Notes under the pieces: model-generated
What the model was told of the DNA's origin: nothing
What the model saw: the letters and a program-made list of their open reading frames with translations, nothing else
Database searches by the model: none
Made by a program: the position numbers and the translations under genes
Shown here: positions 23,881 to 34,008 of the stretch, in pieces
Layout: every line of letters starts with the position of its first letter
How positions within the stretch are numbered: position 1 is the first letter of the stretch
Origin: Macrostomum hystrix
Taxonomy: Eukaryota > Animalia > Platyhelminthes
Assembly (NCBI GenBank): GCA_950097015.1
Contig: CATNEN010000032.1
Location: forward strand, 868,001-932,000
Length of the DNA: 64,000 bases
Direction of reading: 5' to 3'

Positions 23881-26800
23881 ATTAAACTGGCGCCTCATTC
23901 GGCTGAGCTGGCTGGCCAGCCGCCTGTTCTCCTCGGTGAGCTGGTTCTGCTCGCGTCGATAGTCGGTCTGGTGCTTGGCCAGGTCCAGGTTCTCAGAGCG
24001 CAAGGTCTCGTTCTCCTGCATGTACTCTTGCAGCATCTCGTACAGGCTCTGGTAGCTGCCTTTCGACAGTGGGCGGCCGTTGGCGGCTCCGCCAGCCGCT
24101 GCGGCGTTAGTCCGATCCTCCGAGCTGCCCGGACTGACTTCGCGGCTCTTGACGATTCGGCGTCCGCTGGCGCGGTCGCCGCCACCGTCCTCGCTCTGGG
24201 CTGCGCTGGCTCGGAGCTGTTCGCGCAGGGAGCTGTTCTCCTGGCGGAGGCTAACCACCTCCTGCTTCAGGGTGCGCAGCAGCTTCTCCTGGGGGTCCTG
24301 CGTTTGGCAGAGGGGAGTAGGTGGGGTGGAGAGTTCAGTAGGTGGGGTTGAGAGTGGAGTTGATCCATCGACCTTTGTTGCCAAGTGTTCTCACCAGATT
24401 GACCTCCGGGCAGACCTCGATCCGCTTGGCTCTGCTGGCGTAACGCAGCGTATTGATGGTCTCGCTGCCCTGCTCCGGACTGGGGTTGACGCAGGCAATC
24501 TGATCGGGATGCGGGCGGAGATTGACTGATTAATTCACTGGCTGAACCATTTATTGATTCGTTGGTTAGTTGATTGATTGGTAGATTGGTTGAGAGGTTT
24601 ATTGATTAGATGGTTGGTTTGTTTGCTGGTTGATCGATCGATTGATTGATTTATTGATTGATTGGTGGATTGATTGATTGGTCAGTTGTTCGGTTGATTG
24701 CTTGATTAATTTGTTGATTAATTGATTGCATAGTTAGTTGATTGTTCGATTAATTGATTAATTGAGCAGTAAATTCGAAGATTAGCGGAGTTAAAGGTGA
24801 AGCTAATTGGCGCGGACGCACCATCAGGGAGACGCCGCTGCCGCCGAGAGAGTCAGACAGAAGTTTGGTCAGCTTGCTGTCCCGGTACGGAACGTGGCCG
24901 GCTCGCTTCTTGGGATCCGACAGGGCCGATATGCAGTTGCCAAGCACCAGGAGGCTCTTGTTAATGGTGCTGGTCTCCAGCATCTGGTCCGGCTCCCTGG
25001 CACCTGAGCTCGTGCTCTCGCTTCCTGAGATATGGCCGCCGGGTGGGGCTTGAGTTGGCGGCTTTGATAAGTAAGTCATGAAGGTGTGGGTTTGGAAGGT
25101 GTGGGCTTAGAAGGTGTGGGCTTGGAAGGTGTGGGTTTGGAAGGTGTGGGTTTGGAAGGTGTGGGTTTGGAAGGTGTGGGTTTGGAAGGTGTGGGTTTGG
25201 AAGGTGTGGGTTTGGAAGGTGTAGGTTTGGAAAGTGTAGGTTTGGAAGGTGTGGGTTTGGAAGGTGTGGATTTAGAAGGTGTGGGCTTGGAAGGTGTGGG
25301 TTTGGAAGGTGTGGGCTTAGAAGGTGTGGGCTTGGAAGGTGTGGGTTTGGAAGGTGTGGGCTTGGAAGGTGTGGGCTTGGAAGGTGTGGGCTTGGAAGGT
25401 GTGGGTTTGGAAGGTGTGGGCTTGGAAGGTGTAGGTTTGGAAAGTGTAGGTTTGGAAGGTGTAGGTTTGGAAGGTGTAGGTTTGGAAGGTGTGGGTTTGG
25501 AAGGTGTAGGGTTTGGAAGGTGTAGGTTTAGAAGGTGTGGGTTTGGAAGGTGTGGATTTAGAAGGTGTGGGCTTGGAAGGTGTGGGCTTGGAAGGTGTGG
25601 GCTTGGAAGGTGTGGGTTTGGAAGGTGTGGGCTTGGAAGGTGTGGGTTTTGAAGGTGTGGGTTTGGAAGGTGTGGGTTTGGAAGGTGTGGGTTTGGAAGG
25701 TGTGGGTTTGGAAGGTGTGGATTTAGAAGGTGTGGGCTTGGAAGGTGTAGGTTTGGAAAGTGTAGGTTTGGAAGGTGTGGGTTTGGAAGGTGTAGGTTTG
25801 GAAGGTGTGGGTTTGGAAGGTGTGGGTTTGGAAGGTGTGGGCTTAGAAGGTGTGGGCTTGGAAGGTGTGGGTTTGGAAGGCGTGGGCTTGGAAGGTGTGG
25901 GCTTGGAAGGTTTGGGCTTGGAAGGTGTGGGCTTAGAAGGTGTGGGTTTGGAAGGTGTAGGTTTGGAAGGTGTGGGTTTGGAAGGTGTGGGCTTGGAAGG
26001 TGTGGGCTTGGAAGGTGTGGGCTTGGAAGGTGTGGGCTTGGAAGGTGTGGGCTTGGAAGGTGTGGGTTTGGAAGGTGTGGGCTTGGAAGGTGTGGGCATG
26101 GAAGGTGTGGGCTTGGAAGGTGTGGGTTTGGAAGGTGTGGGTTTGGAAGGTGTAGGTTTGGAAGGTGTGGGTTTGGAAGGTGTGGGCTTGGAAGGTGTGG
26201 GTTTGGAAGGTTTGGGTTTGGAAGGTGTGGGTTTGGAAGGTGTGGGTTTGGAAGGTGTGGGCTTGGAAGGTGTGGGCTTGGAAGGTGTGGGCTTGGAAGG
26301 TGTGGGCTTGGAAGGTGTGGGTTTGGAAGGTGAGGGCTTGGAAGGTGAGGGCTTGGAAGGTGAGGGCTTGGAAGGTGTGGGCTTGGAAGGTGTGGGCTTG
26401 GAAGGTGTGGGCTTGGAAGGTGTGGGCTTGGAAGGGTTGGACTAGCTCACCTGCTAGGTCAACAAAGGTGAGCTTTCCGTGTCTTGTAACAAAGGCCTGG
26501 CCTTGGCCAGCCTCCCCCGGCACCTGCGTGTCTATCATGATGGAGAAGAGGCTGTGCGACCGGCTTGAGTAGTCGTTCTGACTGCCACGGTCCATTCGTC
26601 GATTGGCCAAACCTTTGATGGCAGATGGAGAGGATGGTTGTCAATGAGATCAATTTAAACTTCTGAGTAGTTTTTGAAAGCCTTTTTGGTCAGAAAAACT
26701 GGATCTAACAGATGTGCGAATTCTGTTACTTCAAGTAGAGTGGTTAGCGCATTTCCTTGTTTATTTTGCAAGCGAGCAAATATAGCTAGAACAGCTAGAA

Positions 26801-29002
26801 AACGGGGTCCAGCATCAGCTCGGGCTAGGTTTACAGCTAAGTTAGGTTTGATTTCTACTCACCAGCCGCCAGGACGCCCGTCAAGTCCTCGGCGGACTCG
26901 CACTCGATGACAAACAGATTGTCGACGTAGAAGCCGGAGGTGGCGCTCCACCGGATGGTGTGGGGATAAATTGATCTGGGATTCAGCAGATCCGTGATCT
27001 GGGATTCAATATTTAAAGATTTTGTGTTGGTTGAGTATTAACAGTAGAAAGACCACGGGCATCGGCATCGTCGGGATATTCAACAATTTTCGTCGGGGTG
27101 TCTGGTGGAAAAAACCACGAATATCCAGACGGTGATGAAGGGGACCCTGGTGCCTTGGATGCTGAGAACACAGATCCCTAAGACAGATGGAATCAAGTTA
27201 TTGAATCAATATGGATTCAACATGGAGTTCTCTGTAAAGAGCAATACCAGAAGGTCGCACCTGCTCATTGTAGATCTCGAAATAGGTGGCGTAGACCTTG
27301 AAGCTGCCGCGGCTGCGCAGCAGATCGAAGATGAGCGCGAAGGAGCGGGGTACCAGACCTCTGGACTTGCTGGACAGTCCCGCAAGGCCCAGCTGCTGCG
27401 TCTGCAGATGCGGCCCAAAAATTTAAAGTACATTCGCATTTGTAAAGCCTTGGCAAAAGCTAACAAATATTGTGAGTTCAGAAAGTTCAAACCTCATGCG
27501 GCGGCCCGGTCATGGTGTAGGTCTTGCCGCTATTTGTCTGGCCGTAGGCAAAGCAGGTGCAGTTGTAGCTGGAACAGAATGTTAGGTCAAAATGATCGGA
27601 ATTAAATAAGTACAGTACAAAAGTACAAGTCGGGGTTGAGTGGCAGAGCGGGCTAACGCGTTGGCCTCTCGCACCAAGGTCCCTGAGCTCGATTCCGCGG
27701 CGAGGCCACATGCATTTGGGGCGCAGCCGCGGAGAGAAGGCTTGGCGGTTTGTCGTGCAATTTACGCCCTTGAGGGCCAACCTCCAACTCACAGTGAAGT
27801 GTACACTGCCTGACGATGAGAAAGTCAGGGCAGATGTACACACCTGTGCGAGCGAGTGCCCGTGCGAGCGAGTGCACAAGCACACAGATACAGTATCTGT
27901 GTGCGTGTGTGCTCATAGGTCAGCGAAATGGGCAGAATTGCATCCTAGCTGGCTGCAGGTCTAGTGCCGGCAGCCCTCCTACAATTATGAATTATGATTA
28001 TGAAAGTACAAGCCAGTGACAGGTAAAAATGGTCCATTTACCCCTCCAGAGCCAATTGGATGAGGTCCTTGACGCCGCAGTTGTCGAACACTTCAGCCTG
28101 ACTGGCGGCCTCCTCGAACACGACGTCGAAGTTGAACTGGCGCTGCATGCCCTGCCAGCTGAAGGCCAGGCTGGCGTTTCCTGGAAACCGGATCAGCGAC
28201 TGCGAGCCGCCGAAGCCCGGCTTGGACGCTGGCTCGGGCGGCCGCACCCTGAGCGGGAAGGGGCCGAGTTTAATCGGTTTGATGAGCGGCTCCGATGACA
28301 GGTGAAATGAGAGATATCCGGTCAAGGGAAGTGTACAGTGGGTCAAGGGAAGTGTACAGTGGGTCAAGGGAAGTGTACAGTGGGTCAAGGGAAGTGTACA
28401 GTGGGTCAAGGGAAGTGTTCAGTGGGTCAAGGGAAGTGTACAGTGGGTCAAGGGAAGTGTACAGTGGGTCAATGGAAGTGTTCAGTGGGTCAAGGGAAGT
28501 GTACAGTGGGTCAAGGGAAGTGTACAGTGGGTCAATGGAAGTGTACAGTGGGTCAATGGAAGTGTACAGTGGGTCAATGGAAGTGTTCAGTGGGTCAAGG
28601 GAAGTGTACAGTGGGTCAATGGAAGTGTTCAGTGGGTCAAGGGAAGTGTACAGTGGGTCAAGGGAAGTGTACAGTGGGTCAAGGGAAGTGTACAGTGGGT
28701 CAAGGGAAGTGTACAGTGGGTCAAGGGAAGTGTACAGTGGGTCAATGGAAGTGTTCAGTGGGTCAAGGGAAGTGTACAGTGGGTCAAGGGAAGTGTACAG
28801 TGGGTCAAGGGAAGTGTACAGTGGGTCAAGGGAAGTGTACAGTGGGTCAAGGGAAGTGTACAGTGGGTCAAGGGAAGTGTACAGTGGGTCAAGGGAAGTG
28901 TACGCGACGCAGGTTAATGCAGCGGTTTCACCTGACGGCCACGTAGGCGTGGAAGCTCTTGGCTGACTTGGACTTTCTGTGATCACGTGACTCGGTGGCC
29001 AT
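23077..29002 (-). CDS. KIF12: Kinesin-like protein, KIF12-like (kinesin-16 family), 747 aa, 10 exons
   Basis: Exons 28932-29002, 28042-28248, 27493-27568, 27261-27401, 26863-26998, 26451-26612, 24822-25024, 24395-24499, 23328-24297, 23077-23249, all phase-consistent. Motifs: [60 protein letters not shown]12-type features: TGPP after the P-loop, RW...[28 protein letters not shown]. Confidence 0.9.
23328..24297 (-). CDS. KIF12-like stalk/tail exon with ~30Q tract
   Basis: [14 protein letters not shown]...; G/gtgagg donor. Confidence 0.9.
24395..24499 (-). CDS. KIF12-like motor exon
   Basis: [22 protein letters not shown]. Confidence 0.92.
24530..24765. repeat. Degenerate (GATT/GGTT)n microsatellite
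   Basis: Fills a kinesin intron. Confidence 0.8.
24822..25024 (-). CDS. KIF12-like motor exon
   Basis: [34 protein letters not shown]. Confidence 0.95.
25080..26435. repeat. Minisatellite, 15-bp unit GGAAGGTGTGGG(T/C)TT
   Basis: ~90 copies filling kinesin intron 6. Confidence 0.95.
26451..26612 (-). CDS. KIF12-like motor exon (switch I/II)
   Basis: [11 protein letters not shown]...[10 protein letters not shown]. Confidence 0.95.
26863..26998 (-). CDS. KIF12-like motor exon
   Basis: ITDLLNP...[18 protein letters not shown]. Confidence 0.92.
27261..27401 (-). CDS. KIF12-like motor exon
   Basis: GLVPRSF...[12 protein letters not shown]. Confidence 0.92.
27493..27568 (-). CDS. KIF12-like P-loop exon
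   Basis: [23 protein letters not shown]. Confidence 0.95.
27630..28002 (+). mobile_element. tRNA-derived SINE, full length with 10-bp TSD
   Basis: tRNA-like head ending in CCA, conserved body, (ATTATG)n tail, direct repeat AAAGTACAAG at 27620-27629 and 28003-28012. Confidence 0.88.
28042..28248 (-). CDS. KIF12-like motor exon 2
   Basis: VRPP...[30 protein letters not shown]. Confidence 0.92.
28322..28903. repeat. Minisatellite, 21-bp unit TCAAGGGAAGTGTACAGTGGG
   Basis: ~27 copies in kinesin intron 1. Confidence 0.95.
28932..29002 (-). CDS. KIF12-like first coding exon
   Basis: ATG...[11 protein letters not shown]; AG/gtgaaa donor; an upstream acceptor at 29031 may extend it. Confidence 0.8.
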
Positions 29003-29895
29003 CGGCGCCCTTTGGGTCAGGGATCCGGCTCTGAAGCGGAGTGGGATGTGAGGAGACCAAGCGAGTTTTAGCTGCAATGAGTGAGGCTTTTAGTTTCATT
29101 TGTGCTCGTGAGAAAAAGTAACTCACGGCTTGACAATACCGGTGGGCATGATTACTAGTTAGCTTGTCGGACTAGAACGATTTAAATCAAGGATTTCACT
29201 GCTCAGGTCTTTTTGGCTACAATCGGCTGAATTGGGGCGCTGATTCACATTATCTATTTGCCTGGATACCGGGCTCAGCAACCAATGGGAAGCTGGGCGA
29301 AGAGGGTTGGCTGTCACCTTGGGGTGAGGAGGGGCTGGTTGCTGTATCTGGCTTCAAAGTCTTCTCTTAGATAGAGGTGAGAGAGATGGGCTTGCATGGA
29401 ATTGAAATTAAACAGAAAAAACTGCCCTCCTTAGCTTCCTCGCAGTGCAATAGAAGCTTATTGAGTGCTGCTGACTTTGTGCTGCAGCTGCTGCTGCTGT
29501 TGCTGGGGTGGCTCATGAATGCCCTGCCCCTGCGTCTTCCGTTGTAATGCTACCTCGGAGTAGGCAGAGATGAGGACGGTACTCAGTGTGCGGGTGTGTG
29601 TGTGGGTGGGTGTGTGCAGTTTGGCAGCTAACTCAAACATGCCGTGGTGGTTTCTAATGACTCTCTTTAACCCAGTATCTAAATATTGCCTGTCTCTCTC
29701 ACCCGGCTATTCAATTGTGCCCGCAGCGCGTGCTTTACCGTCGTCTTGCACTATTAGACAGCTCTCCCACAACTCGTTCTAGTAGTTTGGGTCTTTCAAG
29801 TTGCTGAGCCCAGCACCGCCGTCCTGGCGAGGACCTCACTGCCTCCGGATCTACTTCGGCTCATTGTGGAGAATAAAGAATGACTTTATATATAG

Positions 29896-29896
<1 letters not shown>

Positions 29897-29939
<43 letters not shown>

Positions 29940-29952
29940 GATCTATCTATCT
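29897..29952. repeat. (TCTA)n microsatellite
   Basis: ~13 copies. Confidence 0.9.
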
Positions 29953-30454
29953 ATGTATCCTTTCTTTCTTTCCTTCTTTCTGTCGACGGGATGAACAGTT
30001 CCATTGCATTGTCCTGTAGACCAAGTTTTGGCACATGTACTTTTAAAGAAGCACAGTGACAAGTTGAAATCATTACAATTTCATTAAAGCCCATTATATC
30101 TGAGTAGAAAGAATTGCATTTTAATTGGTTTCTTCAAATCTAAATGTGCAAATGTGTCATAAAAGCTGGGCTGAAATGTTAGCTGAGATTGTAACAGACA
30201 AGACGCCTCACCTGCCTCAGTGAGTGGCGTTTCGTCGGCAAAGATGCTGCCAGGTGTGCTTGAATGTTCTCTAGCAAGCCAGCCAGTATCTCTTGTAGCT
30301 CTTCACTCGCTCTCTACGACTCGCACTCTCCAGTGCGTACTCCAAGATAAAAGAGACCCCAACTCCAAAAAATTACTCAGGTGCAAAAACTAGCGGTGAC
30401 ACACGCTCGTATTAATTACCTTCTAATATGTGATAGCCACGAGGTTTCTCAAAT

Positions 30455-31665
30455 GTAAATCAGAGACAAAGGCCGACAATATCTTATACCCTATTCCGAT
30501 GATGGCCTTCTCCACCCACTCCGCCAATCAGAGACAAGGGCTGACTTATACCCCATTCCGATGATGGCCTTCTCTACCCACTCCGCCAATCAGAGACAAG
30601 GGCTGACTTATACCCCATTCCGATGATGGCCTTCTCTACCCACTCCGCCAATCAGAGACAAGGGCTGACTTATACCCCATTCCGATGATGGCCTTCTCTA
30701 CCCACTCCGCCAATCAGAGACAAGGGCTGACTTATACCCTATTCCGATGATGGCCTTCTCTACCCACTCCGCCAATCAGAGACAAGGGCTGACTTATACC
30801 CTATTCCGATGATGGCCTTCTCTACCCACTCCGCCAATCAGAGACAAGGGCTGACTTATACCCCATTCCGATGATGGCCTTCTCTACCCACTCCGCCAAT
30901 CAGAGACAAGGGCTGACTTATACCCTATTCCGATGGTAGCCTTCTCTACCCACTCCGCCAATCAGAGACAAGGGCTGACTTATACCCCATTCCGATGATG
31001 GCCTTCTCTACCCACTCCGCCAATCAGAGACAAGGGCTGACTTATACCCTATTCCGATGATGGCCTTCTCTACCCACTCCGCCAATCAGAGACAAGGGCT
31101 GACTTATACCCTATTCCGATGATGGCCTTCTCTACCCACTCCGCCAATCAGAGACAAGGGCTGACTTATACCCCATTCCGATGATGGCCTTCTCTACCCA
31201 CTCCGCCAATCAGAGACAAGGGCTGACTTATACCCTATTCCGATGGTAGCCTTCTCTACCCACTCCGCCAATCAGAGACAAGGGCTGACTTATACCCCAT
31301 TCCGATGATGGCCTTCTCTACCCACTCCGCCAATCAGAGACAAGGGCTGACTTATACCCCATTCCGATGATGGCCTTCTCTACCCACTCCGCCAATCAGA
31401 GACAAGGGCTGACTTATACCCTATTCCGATGATGGCCTTCTCTACCCACTCCGCCAATCAGAGACAAGGGCTGACTTATACCCCATTCCGATGATGGCCT
31501 TCTCTACCCACTCCGCCAATCAGAGACAAGGGCTGACTTATACCCCATTCCGATGATGGCCTTCTCTACCCACTCCGCCAATCAGAGACAAGGGCTGACT
31601 TATACCCTATTCCGATGGTAGCCTTCTCTACCCACTCCGCCAATCAGAGACAAGGGCCGACTTCC
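30455..31665. repeat. Minisatellite, 62-bp unit containing CCGCCAATCAGA
   Basis: ~19 near-identical copies. Confidence 0.95.
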
Positions 31666-32709
31666 GCCCACTAAAAGAACAACTTTCTCCGCCCCTTACC
31701 AGTCAAGTCAAGCTTTCTCCGCTCAACCAATGAGCAATAACTGTCAACGTTTAGCTTGTTTAAGTATCTCCCAGAACACAGCCCCGTTGCTATCAAACGA
31801 CTTTGATCTGTGCTTTAGTTTGCTTGGAATAAAATCGCAACAAAAGCTCGTATATTTGATTGCTGTCACTAAAGTGACAATATTTGATTGTTTATTTGTT
31901 ACTCGCTGGAATCTGTATTGAATAGAGATAACGAATTGACAATGCCTCCAAGAGTTAATGACGCGCGCACGCCTGCCTTATTTAACTCAGCCAGTTTAAA
32001 AATGAATGAGAGGAATTAAGAAATTAAATTGACTGAGCTTTTAGAACAGATACAGCTTTTCGTTTTTAATGTGCATGGGAGTCGATAACTTACAGAAATA
32101 ACAAAAACATAGGCAGTCACAATGGCAAGCTCAGACTCTGTTACTGGAATACACTATACTCAGGTTGAGCCGATGTATTGCATCCAGATAAAGCTTTGAT
32201 GAATTTTTTCTGATGCTAAATATATTTTCTGATGCCAAATATCAATGCATGCAATCTGTTAATTGAAATCTGGCCTAGGAAGAATATAAATTTGCTGCGA
32301 TTTTGTTCACATTTAAAACGGCTCAAAAAGGCCCTATAAAGGAGGAGCCATACCTCGCATTGGTATGAACCGGCCTTCATAATCAGATTGGCTAGGGCAA
32401 GATTGAGTTGGCTGACCTACACAAAGTGTAACCAGTTAATTTAACCAGTTATTGAGTGCTGCTGTCACAATGGCATAGACACTATAAGCTACTGTGAGTA
32501 GAAGCGACAAGAAAATGTGTTCGTTTTTTAAAGAGAATGCACTGAAAAGTAACAGTTAGTAGTGGTTCTTTGACGCATCCTTTGTGCAAATATTTTTCAT
32601 GGTTAGTCAATGCATAAATTCAAACATTTTTCAGTTAAAGTAGTGAAGGGCATTAGCTCATGTAAAGGAATTAAAAGTCTGTAATATGTACGCGTTATGT
32701 GTGAGGTAG

Positions 32710-33732
32710 TTCACAGAGAGGGTGGGCTGGTGATGAAATAGTGAGAGGGGCAGATATAGGACAGGGTGTGAGGTGGGTGTGGGTGATAAAATGTATAGGG
32801 GGCAGATATAGGACAGGGTGTGAGGTGGGTGTGGGTGATAAAATGTATAGGGGGCAGATGTAGGACGGGGCGTGAGGTGGGTGTGGGTGATAAAATGTAT
32901 AGGGGGCAGATATAGGACAGGGTGTGAGGTGGGTGTGGGTGATAAAATGTATAGGGGGCAGATGTAGGACGGGGCGTGAGGTGGGTGTGGGTAATAAAAT
33001 GTATAGGGGGCAGATGTAGGACGGTGCATGAGGTGGGTGCGGGTGATGAAACGGAGAGGAGCAGATATAGGACAGGGCGTGAGGTGGGTGCGGGTGATAA
33101 AATGTATAGGGGGCAGATGTAGGACGGTGCATGAGGTGGGTGCGGGTGATGAAACGGAGAGGGGCAGATATAGGACATGGTGTGAGGTGGGTGCGGAGAG
33201 GAGCAGATATAGGACAGGGTGTGAGGTGGGTGCGGGTGATGAAACGGAGAGGAGCAGATATAGGACAGGGTGTGAGGTGGGTGCGGGTGATGAAATGGAG
33301 AGGAGCAGATATAGGACAGGGTGTGAGGTGGGTGCGGGTGATGAAACGGAGAGGAGCAGATATAGGACAGGGTGTGAGGTGGGTGCGGGTGATGAAACGG
33401 AGAGGAGCAGATATAGGACATGGTGTGAGGTGGGTGCGGAGAGGAGCAGATATAGGACAGGGTGTGAGGTGGGTGCGGGTGATGAAACGGAGAGGAGCAG
33501 ATATAGGACAGGGTGTGAGGTGGGTGCGGGTGATGAAACGGAGAGGAGCAGATATAGGACAGGGTGTGAGGTGGGTGCGGGTGATGAAATGGAGAGGAGC
33601 AGATATAGGACAGGGTGTGAGGTGGGTGCGGGTGATGAAATGGAGAGGAGCAGATATAGGACAGGGTGTGAGGTGGGTGCGGGTGATGAAACGGAGAGGA
33701 GCAGATATAGGACATGGTGTGAGGTGGGTGCA
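32710..33732. repeat. G-rich minisatellite, ~51-bp unit GTGAGGTGGGTGCGGGTGATGAAACGGAGAGGAGCAGATATAGGACAGGGT
   Basis: ~20 copies in two variant blocks. Confidence 0.93.
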
Positions 33733-33889
33733 TCATAAAACGAGTTACGAATCTACTACTCGTAAAATGTACCCAAAACTAAATCACTAATCGTCCAAAT
33801 TTACCTACAGACCTCACCAAGGCAAATCCCAGGGTAAAAATGCTACCTTGTCACGAACTGAGACAAGTTTGAGTTTAAATAGTCACCGA

Positions 33890-34008
33890 TTAGCCTTTGC
33901 TGTCGCATTCTCGAACGATGGTCGGCATTCTCGTCTGGGTGTTGAACTGGGTCAGGCTCTCCTTTGTGTCTCTGAGACTTGGCGCCTGCATGAAGATGCC
34001 CAGAGCGC
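33890..34008 (-). CDS. nAChR last exon
   Basis: ccgcag acceptor; [10 protein letters not shown]...*. Confidence 0.9.

Noticed and set aside
23299-24351. 350-aa plus-strand ORF with poly-Leu; similar poly-Leu ORFs at 1574 and 17917
   Set aside because: Antisense shadows of CAG/polyQ exons or CTG-rich simple sequence.
25086-26445. Long ORFs (GLEGV)n, (KPTPS)n, (QAHTF)n
   Set aside because: Translations of a 15-bp minisatellite lying between two canonical kinesin exons that join in frame.
27790-27840. Hammerhead-ribozyme-like CTGACGA...GAAA in the SINE core
   Set aside because: Only 3 nt separate CUGANGA from GAAA (no stem II), no stem III or NUH site is positioned correctly, and other copies mutate the core (TTGAAGA, CTGACAA).
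28270-28986. 238-aa and 223-aa repetitive ORFs
   Set aside because: 21-bp intronic array; the true exon 1 is in another frame (28932-29002).
32658-33790. His/Pro-rich and Arg/Gly-rich ORFs up to 341 aa
   Set aside because: Stop-free readings of a G-rich minisatellite with no non-repetitive domain.
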